Shown: in pieces, positions 26,042 to 43,053 of the stretch
How the letters are laid out: every line of letters begins with the position of its first letter
How positions within the stretch are numbered: position 1 is the stretch's first letter
NCBI GenBank assembly: GCA_964016885.1
Contig: OZ024741.1
Location: forward strand, 313,782,001 to 313,846,000
Length of the DNA: 64,000 nt
Origin: Eledone cirrhosa
Taxonomy: Eukaryota
Reading direction: 5' to 3'
Made by a program: the position numbers and the translations under genes
Notes under the pieces: generated by a model
Told to the model about the DNA's origin: nothing
The model's database searches: none
Seen by the model: only the letters and a program-made list of their open reading frames with translations

Positions 26042-29000
26042 GATATTAAACACTTAGATAAAGTTTTCAAATCTAACCCCCCCCCCCCCTACAAACTATT
26101 AATGGATTTTGAAAACGATATAATTTCTATCATCCAAGGAATCACATTCAAGAGAAACTTCAAAGGCCAGGACTATCTAAGAAGCATTAAGGATAATATT
26201 GAAGGCTTGGAGAGAACAGAGAAGGTCTTGGTGAAATCGGACAAAACCAACAACCTTTATGGAGTGCAAAAGGACATGTATAATGGCCTTATATTGAAAG
26301 AACTAAGGAAAAAGTACAAGGTAGCAAGTAAGGACGAACTGGAAAAAATGAATGCTGAGGCATCTTGTATAATGCATGAGTTAGACATTAATAACAAAAC
26401 ACAACCCTTCATGCCTAGGAAACCCAAGATCAATATGAAAGATCACAAAAGAAATTTTGAAAATGATTTGCCAGTCAGATTGATTGCACCATCAAAATCT
26501 GACCTGGGTAAACTTAGCAAAAACATTCTAGACAGAGTGATACATCAAATTAAAAACTTACATAATTTACCTTACTTAAAGTTATGGAAGGGGACTGGTG
26601 ATGTTATTGAGTGGTTTAAAGAAATTAAATATAACAATAATAATACATTTATTCAACTAGATATTGCTAACTACTATTCATCTATTACCCCTAATCTACT
26701 GAATAAGGCACTAAATTATGCATTCAAACATACAGACCTAACTAGCAATGAAATGCACATTATATTATCGGCAAGGAAAACATTGATAGAATTTAATAAC
26801 CAACTATGGACTAGGGCAGATAGAGATAATAATTTCGTCATAACAATGGGATCATCTGACTCAGCTTGTGGGCCTATTTATAATTAATTCGCTGCATAGA
26901 AAAATACCAGGTGTAACCGGAGGATTATATCGTGATGACATGCTTTTACTTATTGAAAATAATAACTCTGAACTAAATAGAAAAAGAAAACAAATTATAC
27001 AATTTTTTAATAACCTTAATCTAAAAATAGAAGTAGAGAATAACCATAGAATAGTCAATTTCCTAGATGTAACACTAAATTCAACACATGTCTTCACTAT
27101 CCATTTCACAAACTAAATGAAAACTTGAATTATGTCAATTTTAACTCTAATCACCCCAGATCTGTTAAAAATACTATAGAGTACTCTGTTCAAGAACGAA
27201 TCTCAAGAATTTCATCTATTAAAAATATTTTCGACGAAAAAGCGCAGTATTACAATAAACGTTAGCTAGAGCAGGATATAGTGATAAAATTAAGTACATC
27301 GATAATAATAAGCAAACTAACCAAAATAATATAAATTTTAATTACGGTAACAACATTAACAACTATAATAGAAAACATTACAATAATTCCAAAAGCCGGA
27401 AAACAAATAGAACTAGAAATATAATATGGTATGCCCCCCCCCCTTTCTCACTAAATATTAAAACCCACATTGCTAAACTATTCTTTAATGCTCTTGACAA
27501 ACGCTTCCCTAGAACACATAAATATCACTCAATTTTTAATAGACTTAATAAAATTAACTTACTCGTCCACCAAAAATTTAGCACAAAATATTAACAGAAT
27601 TAATAATAGGAATTTAAAACCTAACCAAAATACCAATAATAACCGAAACAATATTCAATTAAACAACTGTAACTGTAGAAATAAATCTAAATGTCCGTTA
27701 AATAACAATTGCTTAGTTAAAAATATAATATACAATTGTAATGTTAAAACTAACTTAAATTTTTTCAACTATGTTGGTTCCACCTCGACAGAATTTAAAC
27801 TTCGCTTCAATAATCATAAGAATTCTTTCACAGATCCAAACAAAAAATCTTCAACTTCACTATCCAGTTTACTCTGGCAACTTAAACGTGATAACGTTGG
27901 GTATTCGATGTTTTGGAATATTGTCTCAAGAGGGATTCCTTTTAATTCCTCATCTGAGACATGTGATCTCTGTGTGGAGGAGATATTCTTTATACTAAAA
28001 TCCAAAAATTCCCTTAATCTAAGGAGCAATTTATTCAGTTGCTGCAGACATAGATTGAACTCAATGTTTAAATATAAATATAAATTTAAAATGTAGTATA
28101 ATTAATTAAGAAATTTAATTAATGTATGAAACCTGACGATAAATCTTTCGATTCCTTCAACTTTTTCTTTTAAACCTTCTTCATAAATATAAACAAATGA
28201 TGTAATTAAATTACTCTAAAATGTAGATGCTCCCAATGTATTAAATAAATTTTACGCAAGATAAATTTCTATACTAAATATAAGACATCCGTCGAACCAC
28301 AGGGTCTTCTAAATCATTTAAATGATTTTTGTTAAATAATTTTTGGTTTTTTATTTGCTTTTTGATTCTGATTGCTTCTAAAGAACTTGGCAATATATTG
28401 TCTGGAAAATTGGAAGGATAGATTTCTGTGGTAAATATATGAAGCATACTGTGTTTTTTTTTTGTGGCCTGAGATACCCTAGAGTGTGTTGAAAATATTT
28501 TAACGTTTTGATATTTCTGTGCTGATATATTGATATCTGGTTGTCTCTATACAAAGGCCATATGTATTAATATGCATATGGAATGATTACAGAGTATATT
28601 TTATCTGTTCATGTGCGTGTATGTGTGCATAGAGATGCTAGAACTCTCACGCAGATATCTTATATATACATATATATGTATATGTATGTGAAGGTATAGT
28701 TCTGTATATGTTACAGATATGCATAATATTATATACATGAACGATAATCATACGTGTGAGGGCATGAATATTAATCGTTTATTTTTTATGTATATATATA
28801 TAGTGAAATCTTTTTAACACATGAAATTTTTTTTATGAAACAAGAAATTATAGAGTTGTTCACGTAAAGTCATGTGTATGTCTATATTATCAACTAGAGC
28901 TTGACATGACTTTCTCTTTCTCTTTTTCTTTTTTCAGAAAGTGCATATGCATGTGTATGTATATACTTATATATCTCCGTTTATTATAAATAGGGTAATT

Positions 29001-29371
29001 TTTTGAAGATTTATCTCAGATTTTGATACATTGACCTCAGAGTTTTAAACTAAACATATGGTCATTATGGAGCAAAATTATTTTCACACATTATATATCT
29101 ATGTCTCATACATGAAGATTGATATTTACATTATATTACCCAGTTCATATGAATTGATAATTCAAATCGATAGGACATGACGTAAAGATGTAACTCTATC
29201 ATCCCTCTCTCTAGATATAGCTCTTTCTTCTCCTCTCTCTTTATATATGATGAAGTTTATGTATCTGTCGTTTTGACTTTGCCTCATGTTTCTCTCTTAT
29301 TTCTCTCTTGGTTTTTCACCTCCCCCTATATAATTATTATTATGTTTTCTCCCTCTTTCTTTTCCTCCCAC

Positions 29372-29409
<38 letters not shown>

Positions 29410-29960
29410 GTTTTCTCATTCATCTCCATTTTTTTCTTTCTCTCCGTCTCTTCTCTAACTGTGCTTAACACTATAACTAAATAATTACCGTACTCCCTCC
29501 CTCTTAAATTTCTCAAGTTGTATGATGAATTATTATTATTCATCTGTTGCCTTCGGTGGCCTCTCTTTTTTCACCTCCCCCCTCTTTCTCTCTCCCCTCT
29601 TTCTCTCTATTTCTCTCTGTTTTTCTTTACATACATTTCTTCTTTTTCTCCGTCTTTCTTTATAACTGTGCTTAACACTAAATATTTATAAACACTTCAC
29701 TACCAAGCCAGCTTTCTACCTTAATGGTCGCTTATATTTATGGGACGTCAACATTATTTATAAAACTGTTTATATATTGTATTTTATCTGACGAAGGCAT
29801 GCCATATTTTTAATATGGTATCCCTGAAATATGTATAATGAAATACATATGGTTTTATATATATAGTTTCCATTTGTTTAATATCGTATATCTACTCCAA
29901 AAACTTGTCAAGTGCTTTATATCAGTTATAAAATATTTACTTGTTGTAACCCAACAATTT
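26042..29960 (+). mobile_element. Naiad-like Penelope-like element, 5'-truncated; 3' boundary uncertain
   Basis: ORF remnants to 28096: KSDKT, KDHK, IQLDI, GGLYRDD, WYAPP, CNCRNKSKC, YVG, CDLC, CCRH; starts after (TA)n; hammerhead at 29779. Confidence 0.85.
29779..29846 (+). ncRNA. Minimal type I hammerhead ribozyme motif
   Basis: GTATTTTAT-CTGACGA-AGGCATGCCATATT..AATATGGTATCCCT-GAAA-TATGTA-TA-ATGAAATAC: 9-bp stem I, 14-position stem II with one mismatch. Confidence 0.85.
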
Positions 29961-30202
29961 TAAATAAAACTTTTGCATATATATATATATATATATATAC
30001 ATGTGTGTGTGTGGTGTGTATGTGCGTTCATTTAAATGTATGATATCGCAAATACATATCACAGGAGCTGATAAAATATGGTAAGATTTGGAAGGATTAT
30101 ATATATTATTTTTCTAATAATATTGTTTGTTTCTTTCATAATCTTATTAACATTGCATATAACTGAACTGAAAATCAATGTATATTTTATAGAAGATCGA
30201 TA

Positions 30203-31126
30203 TACTTTATATATATATAACTGAGGATGTCTGTCTGTGTGTTTGTGCGTTTGAATCCCTGAAACTCGAGAACCACCCAATTGACTGTTTCCAAACATTA
30301 CACATATAATACTTATGTTTCAGGGAGTGTTCGGAGCAAAGAAAAATTAAAATTATCAATGCCCAATGAACCGTATTCAGCGATTTAGCGATCTCTCTCT
30401 ATAATAACTAAGTCTTTCTCTTTTTAGATAGATACATACATATAACGTCGCGCCCTTATAATATCTGCTTATATGTCTGACTGTTTGCATTACGTCACTT
30501 CCCTGAGGATGTCTATGTGTGTGCGTGTGTGTCTGTGATCTTGAATCCCTAAAACTTGAGAAGTACCCAACCGACTTTTTAAAACTTTACATGTGTATTA
30601 CTTATGTTTCAGGGAGTGTATGCACATAAAATTCAACTTTTTGTATCCCTAGGGCCAGCATTAGTTGAAAAACTGAGTTTTTTCAGGTTTTTAGGTTTTT
30701 TATAGTCGTTACGTCAGACTGATTTCTTTGAAACTAATTGTATTAGTCAGTCTCATCTTCATACCGTGAGCAAAGAAAATCCAACTTGTTTATGGCCTAA
30801 GGTCCGCATTAAGTGAAAAACCTCCTTTTTTTTTGCTCTTTAGGGCGTTTTTGAGGCGTTACGTCTAGCCGATTTTCCCGAAATTTCAACGCATTTTATG
30901 CACACAAAAAAAAATTATTTTCTTGATCCCCTAGGGCCCGCATTAGGTGAAAACCTGTATTTTTCCTGCTTCATCGAGGAAAATCTTAAAGATTATCCAG
31001 CCATCAGAGTATTCGGTTTATTTTCTTTAAATATTGTCCAGGCATGCACCTTTTCCACGATTAGGTCTGTTGGCGGCCCGCGTTCCAAAAAACCTTAACC
31101 CTTGCAACGCCGGGTACTACTGCTAG
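30203..31126 (+). mobile_element. Non-autonomous Helitron
   Basis: 5' TATATATATAA...TGTCTGTCTGT, 3' CCCTTGCAACGCCGGG hairpin then CTAG followed by T; absent from the paralogous units at about 41750 and 48825. Confidence 0.8.
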
Positions 31127-31262
31127 TAATCAATAAATATATAAGTACATTTGTTTATCACAAAACCACTTTAATCGTACAATTTTGTATAAAATTGTAT
31201 CATTGATATCTGTATGTAATTAATGATATATGCAACATTATCACATATAGTGATAGTTTCAG

Positions 31263-31397
31263 AATGCCGAGTAGGAAAGTTTGGTGTTGCTTGTAATGGG
31301 ACATGCCATTGTATCAACAATATTAACTGTGACAAGCGAAATGGAACATGTTCAGATGGATGTTCTGCAGGTTATATTGGTGTCAATAGCCAAGAAG
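31263..31397 (+). pseudogene. EGF-like (MEGF/SCARF-type) pseudo-exon, copy 1
   Basis: TTTCAG acceptor, 135 nt, ECRVGKFGVACNGTCHC..C..C..C; last Cys changed to Ser, donor GT changed to TT. Confidence 0.8.
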
Positions 31398-31997
31398 TTA
31401 TCTCATAAAATTGTTACGTACTTACTATGCACAGACACTCACACATACAGACAGTCACACACAAAAACACACATATAAAGATACATACATATTTAACATA
31501 TTTAAGTAAATATATATATATGTATATACATAAATGCATCTATATATATATACCGTATATTCTGGTGTAAAAGTTGATCCGCTACATATGTTGACTCATC
31601 AAATGTTGTGGTGTAATTCAGGTTGAGGCCTATATACGCTGGTTGAGACGACACCCCAGGTATAAGGCATTACCATCTCCCCAGCGGTGGATATGCTTGC
31701 CGTTGTTTATTTGCATAAAATATAAAACATGGAAATTTACTCTAAATACTTGAAAAATAAAAATGCATGTGCAGAATGTTGAGTTTGCAAAATTTATTTT
31801 TCAGTTAACAGAATGATTTAACTGAACTGTTATATTAGTAAACAACATGCTACCACACCGTCACTTGATACGCGGTAATTTTGAATAAAATAATTTTGTA
31901 ATTTGGTAATTTGGTAATTTTGTATAAAATTGTATCATTGATATCTGTATGTAATTAATGATATATGCAACAGTATCACATATAGTGACAGTTTCAG

Positions 31998-32131
31998 AAA
32001 GCCGAGTAGGAAAATCTGGTTTTGCTTGTAATGGGACATGCCATTGTATCAACAATATTAACTTTGACAAGCGAAATGGAAAATGTTCAGAAGGATGTTC
32101 TGAGGTTATATTGGTGTCAATAGCCAAGACG
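31998..32131 (+). pseudogene. EGF-like pseudo-exon, copy 2
   Basis: Paralog with a 1-nt deletion, several Cys lost and a TT donor. Confidence 0.8.
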
Positions 32132-32697
32132 TTATTTCATAAAATTGTTACGTACTTACTACACACACACACACCTACAGACACACACACACACACACCT
32201 ATAATATTATAAAGCTGAGTCTCGTGTTTAAGTATTTTATATGTATCCTACACACATCCCTATAATTTCTTAGCTTTACTCTCTCCGTCACTCTTGCCTC
32301 TCTCTATAATATATCATTCCCCCTCTCTAAAATTTAACTGTTTTACTCTCTTTGTCGCACTTCTCTCTCAAATATCATAAAGCTGAGTGTCGTCTCTCTC
32401 CCTCTCTCTCCCTCTATCACCCTCTCTATAATTTAACTGCTTTACTCTCTGTTTCTCTTCACTCTCTATATAACAACACTCCTTTTTCTTTCCGTAGAGA
32501 TGAGCGTCGTATGTAAATTCGGTCAACACGTATGTATCCTACACACCTCCCTATAGTTTCTTAGCTTCACATCTCCGTCGCTCTTTCCTCTCTCTATAAT
32601 ATATAATTTCCCCCTCTCTATAATTTAACTGCTTTACTCTCTCTGTCGCTCTTCACTCTCTAATATTATAAAGCTGAGCGTCGGCTCTCTCTCTCTC

Positions 32698-32728
<31 letters not shown>

Positions 32729-33049
32729 AATTTAACTGCATTACTCTCTGTCTCTCTTCACTCTTTATATGACTGCAGGTAATACATACATCAAAAGGCA
32801 ACCCTCTTAAAGAGACAGAGAGTGAAAGAGACAGATTAGGAAAACTACACACACACACACATCTAAAGAGACAGAGAGAGGAGAGATAGAGAGACAGGGA
32901 AAGAGAAACAGAGAGACGGGCAAGTAGGTAATACATACGTCTAAAATTATTTGAATACAAAAATCATAATATAATGGTTGCAGAACGAAAATCCAGACAA
33001 ATATAATAATGTATGTATCCCACACACTTTTTCTGTCGTCGCTCGCATA

Positions 33050-33089
<40 letters not shown>

Positions 33090-33090
33090 A

Positions 33091-33160
<70 letters not shown>

Positions 33161-33344
33161 CTCAAACTTTCATACCTGATTTCACCAATTGCCGGATAAC
33201 ATCAAAACAAAACACACAGACACACGCCTGCACAAACACACATACACAAACAGACGCATATCTATACTTTATATGTATGTATGTATGTATGTATGTAGGT
33301 ACGATCATTTCCCCTCTCTATAATTTAACAGCTTTACTCTCTCT

Positions 33345-37454
<4,110 letters not shown>

Positions 37455-37457
37455 TCA

Positions 37458-38048
37458 GGTCACCACTTGGTGCTACTGGTAACATGTATCCCAGTACAAC
37501 CTGTCTCATGGTCGGGTCGTTGGCGACTAAACTGGCAACCCCACCAAGGTTTCTTGGTGAGGAGGGTGACTTTGGACATCCTGCAGGACTAAAAACAAAA
37601 CCTGTCGAAGGGCAAAGGAGCTCTTAAGAGTCAATGGCCATCCAAAATCACTGGGAGAGATGACCCCTTAGCCTTTGTCATGGCTGAATTCTAAGAGAAG
37701 GAAAACTCTGATATAGCACCTGCAACCCTGATGGTATCCAATGATGTTGACTTGTTCTTCTTTTTGGTAAATATCATCTTGGTTAAGAGAGTGGGACTGG
37801 CTTTGTGCAGTGCCTTTGCTCACTATAAAAGCTTCACAGCACAGGCATTGCTTTGTATCTGGAGATCTCTCTGTACCATGGGCCCAGCACTATGTGTCAA
37901 TAATTGTCACAAGTGTAGTGTTTGTACCAGAGTTTTCAAGTCGCTGGCTGGACTAAAAAGTCACAGTCGTTCAGCGCATCGGTAGGGGTTCTCCTACATG
38001 GATATAAAGTAGTGGCCGTACTCGAAAACGAGTTGGCAGCCACCATGT
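37458..38048 (+). mobile_element. Short non-autonomous RTE-derived element (5' UTR plus 3' end)
   Basis: HDV-like motif at the 5' end, AGAGAAGGAAAACTCTGAT resembling RTE 5' UTRs, terminal CSVCTRVFKSLAGLKSHSRSAH finger resembling the last finger of the RTE at about 2080; 52-bp flanking direct repeat. Confidence 0.65.
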
Positions 38049-38151
38049 AGGTACGATCATTTCCCCTCTCTATAATTTAACAGCTTTACTCTCTCTGTCG
38101 TTCTTCATTTTCTATATGACAACACTGTTTTAGTTTCCGTATCTCCCTTCA

Positions 38152-38213
<62 letters not shown>

Positions 38214-38325
38214 AAGGACAAGGTGACACGGGAATTTGTGTGGTATCTTTGCAGTGGAGTGGTGGAGCAGGTATATATAGCCGGAAGCCAGCCGGGCGGG
38301 CCAGCTAGTATGTACATGTTTAACA

Positions 38326-38357
<32 letters not shown>

Positions 38358-38414
38358 TCGTTTCTGAATTTGTTTAGCAAGATTCTTTATCTGAAAACGT
38401 GTGATGAAACCGAT

Positions 38415-40909
38415 ATTGTTATACTTTGGGAGGGTCATGTTGCCAATAAGTAACACACGCACCAGATACTTTCACTCCAATTTATTATAAATTTAATTCA
38501 TAAATTTAAGGATTTATAAATTTCCGGTTGGTTGGTTGGTTACACAATCGCACGGTTGTTCATATATTGTCAAAGTTCTTTCGTCACACATTCAGTGACC
38601 TCTTCAGTGACTGGGGATTCTTTTCTTTGTTCTGTCCTATGCCATCTTGTTTTTGTGTGTGTTGTGTGCTTAGTTTGCGCATGTGTTACATCCGGATGCC
38701 TGCGTGTGTTTGTATTTGTTTATTTATTTGTTTATTTACATGTTACTGGTTGATTGTTTGTTCTATGTGTGTGTGTTTTTATTTTGTCCTTAATTGTAAG
38801 TTGTGATGTTGTTATTCCATTCATGTTTTCTATTTAATTTTGGTTGGAGTTCATTTATGTTTATTGCCTCTGTGATTTGTCTAAACATTGCGTCTTTTCT
38901 GTGTCTATATTCTATTTTTATTTCTGTGTTCTCTAATTTGCCCTTATGTTCTATTTTAGCATGTTGGTGGAGTATTAATGATTCTTTTTTATCTTGAAGC
39001 TCTCGCTAGTGTTCATTTAACCGTTCTCCTATACAACGAGCTGTCTCAACTATGTACTCTATATTCTTATCTTTACATTGTCCTTCAGTACATCTTATGC
39101 TATATACTATATTTCTAGTTTTACAGTTAATATGGGGCTTAGTTTACAGATTATGCATTTTTTATCTATACAAGGAAGGTCTTTGAAAAGGGTATGATAT
39201 TGCTAATAAGTGTTTTTTATGGAGGTACCTGGTATTTCTACTATCTTAATATTAATTTAAAGTTTATCTAGGGTCCTTCTAAATTTGTAAGCTAATTCAC
39301 TTCTAGGGGTTGTATTGATGAACATTACACTCTTGTATTTATTGCTATCATACCATGAGTTTATTCTATACACCTTATTCCTAGTTCTTTCTATTCTATT
39401 CCAGTTTAAGTTTATCTAGGGCCCTTCTAAATGTGTAAGCTAATTCACGTCTAGGGGTTGTATTGATGAACATTACACTCTGGTATTTATTGCTATCATA
39501 CCATGAGTTTATTCTATTAACCTTGTTCCTAGTTCTTTCTATTCTATTCCAAAATGTGCTCTTATACAAGGGGCAAGTCCTATTTGTATCATTATTTACC
39601 ATTTTTTCCCATTTGGTTCTGGCTCCTATATATACTCTGATTTTATCTCTCTGATTGTAACCAGAGAACTGCATACGGTGGATGAAGTGTTGTATGTGTC
39701 TCTCTAGTTCTTTGGGGTTGCACATGTGGGACACGCTTCTCATCACCCGTACCAAATCCGCAATCAGTATGTTGATTTTGGTGTGATCCGATACAGCTGA
39801 GTTTCGGTGGATCAGATATTTGGATGTCATGGGTTTGGCATAATGGGAATGGAGGATTTTATTTTTGTTATTAATTGTTTTTAACCATAGCTCTGTGTTT
39901 AGTACAGGTAATCGATAGTTGGGATGTTTGCTTGGGTAGTCTATAGTAACTCTAATACTCTGGTGGGTGGAGTTAGCTATTTGCTAGATGATTTCCATCG
40001 AGTTTTTCTCTAATTACTGAATGTTCTCTAGTGGGGTGTTTTTCCTACGATGTTTATATCATCAACGTAGCGTGAGTACATTATCAGGGTTAAGAGGTTG
40101 CTGTCTTCTAATTGTTCTTTAAGTTTAAGTTTAAGTTTATTGTCCCACCATACCATGAATAGATTAGCTATGTCACACCAATGGCTGCTCCCTCCTCTTG
40201 AGCATATGTTTTTCCATTAAATTTGAACATATGTTCCTTAAGGGTTAGTTTTATACTGGCATGGACCGCATGTGCAATCATTTTCTTTAGTTCATCATGG
40301 TTTTCGGGGGTCCGTATGGCCCTGGTCCACCCGTTCCATCTTTCTGTGTTGGTTTTCTTGGTCATTGAGGTAATGGTAGGTGGTCTGCTTCTTGCTGGTC
40401 TTGTACAGCAACGAAAATTAAATAGAAAACATGAATGGAATAGCAACCAAAATTAAATAGAAAACATGAACAGAATAGCTAGAATAGCAACATGACAACT
40501 TAAAATTAAGGACAAAATGAAAACACACACACACACATAGAACAAACAACCAACCAGTAACAAGTAAATAAACAAATAAATAAACAAATAAATAAACAAA
40601 TAAAAACACACACAGACACACGGATGTAACACATGCGCAAACTAAGCACACAAAACACACAAAAACAAGATGGCGTAGGACAGAACAAAGGAGAGGCACA
40701 AAACAAAGAAAAGAATCCCCAGTCACTGAAGAGGGTACAGAATGTTTGATGACAGAACTTTGACAATATATGAACAACCGTCCGGTTGTGGAACCAACCT
40801 ACCAACCGGAAATTTATAAATTCTTAAATTTATAAATTTAATTTATAATAAATTGGAGTGAAAGCAGTTTTGCGTGTTTCTTATTGGCAACATGACCCTC
40901 CCAAAGTAT

Positions 40910-40914
<5 letters not shown>
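38415..40914 (-). mobile_element. Penelope-like element of a second clade, 5'-truncated, with an inverted pseudo-LTR
   Basis: QEEGAAIG, LFMVWWD, SRYVDD, HYAKP, CIIC, NIVY...YIVET..RLNEH; about 430-bp inverted repeats 38415-38840 / 40410-40914; (TA)n flanks. Confidence 0.85.
38569..38611 (-). ncRNA. Minimal type I hammerhead motif in the pseudo-LTR
   Basis: GTCA-CTGAAGA-G-GTCAC..GTGAC-GAAA-GAAC-TT-TGAC on the minus strand. Confidence 0.7.
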
Positions 40915-40969
<55 letters not shown>

Positions 40970-41890
40970 TTACATACATTTATATATATACCGTATAGGC
41001 CAATGTATTAGTTGATCCACTGCATATGTCGACACATCAAAATTTGTGGTGTAATTCAGGTTTAGTCCGATATACGCCAGTTCTGACGACACCACAGGTA
41101 TAAGGCATTACCATCTCCCCAACCGTAGGTGTGCTTGCCGTTGTTTATTTGCATAAAATATAAAACATTCAAATAAAGATAAAAAGGCATGTGAATAAAG
41201 TACAACTTTTAAAATTTATTTCTCACTTAACAAACTATTTTAACTGAACTGTTTTATCAGTAAACAACATGCTACCACACCGTGACTTGATACGCGTTTA
41301 ATTTAAAAACCTAAATATTCCGAATACTCTGTGTATCAGCATTACATGGCGAATATTTTTACTTTCGAACTGTTTTGTTTCGGGGGGGGGGGGAATTGCC
41401 GAAGTTTTTCCGATATTTTAGATAATTCAGTGATTCAGTATACCATTAATATTATAACTATAATATTAATAATAATATTACATATATATGTATGTATGTA
41501 CGTATGTAAGTTGGTATGTTTATGTGCATATATATAATGTACATATTATATATATGTGTGTGTGTGTGTGTGTTTGTTTATTTAAATGTATGATATCGCA
41601 AATAAATATTGTAGGAACAGATAAATAAGGTAAAATTTGGAAGGATTATATATATTATTTTTCTAATAATATTGTTTGTTTGTTTCATAATGTTATTAAC
41701 AATGCATTTAACTGAACTTAAAATCCATATATATTTTATAGAGGATCGTTGTAAGATTCAATAAATATACAAGTTCATGTGTATATTACAGGATCACCTT
41801 AACCTTAAAATTTTGTACAATATTGTATCATTGATATCTGTATGCAATTAATGAAGTATGCAACATTATCACATAGAGTGATACTTTCAG

Positions 41891-42025
41891 AATGCCGAGT
41901 AGGAAAGTTTGGCGTTGCTTGTAATGGGACCTGCCATTGTATCAAAAAAATTAACTGTGACCAGCGAAATGGTTCATGTTCAGATGGATGTTCTGAAGGT
42001 TATACTGGTGTCAATTGACAAAAAG
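41891..42025 (+). pseudogene. EGF-like pseudo-exon, copy 3
   Basis: 135 nt, TGA at the last Cys (42016-42018), donor changed to AT. Confidence 0.8.
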
Positions 42026-42529
42026 ATATCTCATAAAATGGTTACGTATTTACTATACACATACACACATACATACATAAACCCCCACACCACAGATCCC
42101 CCACACACATATATATATATACATATATATATATATATGAGATTCTACAGGACTAGAACTGTTTCATTCTTTAGAAATCAGCAGGAATCTGAGACGCCTG
42201 ATGATTTCTAATGAATGAAACATTTCTATTCCTGTAGAATCTCATGTATATTAAAACTGTTATACTTTGCTATGTATTGAGTATCTTACTTACTGTGGTT
42301 ACCTCCGATTCATCCCGGAATAACTTACTATATATATATGTACGGTAGAGTCGAATACGTATGAAGAACCTCAATGTAATCCAAATATAGAAGATATGAA
42401 AAGTGAATATGCATTCAAAAATTTGCGATAAATATCATAAGAAAACAGAGTCAAGATAAATTAATAACAACAACGTAATGAAAAAAAGAACAAATTCCTT
42501 ATATTAAAATATTCATCATTTTACGATCA

Positions 42530-42771
42530 TTTTACGATCGTTTTGGGGATGTATATGTGTGTTGGTAGGTACATCATACAGATCTATGTCAAAATATTAC
42601 ACATTATCAGAGGAAATATACGTACCTTCACATATACATGCCGTCCTCAGAAATGAGGATAGCATGTATATGTGAAGGTATGTATATCCTCTAAAAATTT
42701 GTAATATTTTTACATAGATCTATATGATATACATACCAACACACATATACTTCCCAGAAAGGATCGTAAAA
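42530..42771. repeat. Imperfect palindrome with about 120-bp arms and a GAAA loop
   Basis: Arms pair outward from CCTCA-GAAA-TGAGG (42645-42658) to TTTTACGATC / GATCGTAAAA. Confidence 0.9.
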
Positions 42772-42826
42772 GTATAATTTTTTTTAATATAAGGAACTTG
42801 TTCTTTTTTTTATTTCATTGTTTCTA

Positions 42827-42869
<43 letters not shown>

Positions 42870-42916
42870 AAATAAAATAAAATAAGTCAACTGCATAAAA
42901 TTTGGCTTCGTTTATT

Positions 42917-42971
42917 ACTGCTATATATATTTCGGGGACAGCCATCTTTGGCTGTGATATCTTCAGGCAGT
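42917..42971 (-). ncRNA. Minimal hammerhead motif with an unpaired stem II base
   Basis: ACTGC-CTGAAGA-tatc-ACAGCCA..TGGCTGT-cccc-GAAA-TATATA-TA-GCAGT. Confidence 0.65.
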
Positions 42972-43053
42972 CCGAATTAGTGTGGTAGAGACGAGTACAC
43001 ATGTTGTTGAGGTGTTTAACTTTGTCAATACTCTGATATGCCCAGTTCCTGGT

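Noticed and set aside
28125-28155. CTGACGA and ATGA-N11-AAA after the PLE stop (hammerhead or SECIS)
   Set aside because: No GAAA or pairing stems, and this element has Cys at all conserved sites
42016-42018. TGA at a Cys of the EGF exon read as selenocysteine
   Set aside because: The splice donor is also dead, and no other copy has TGA at this codon
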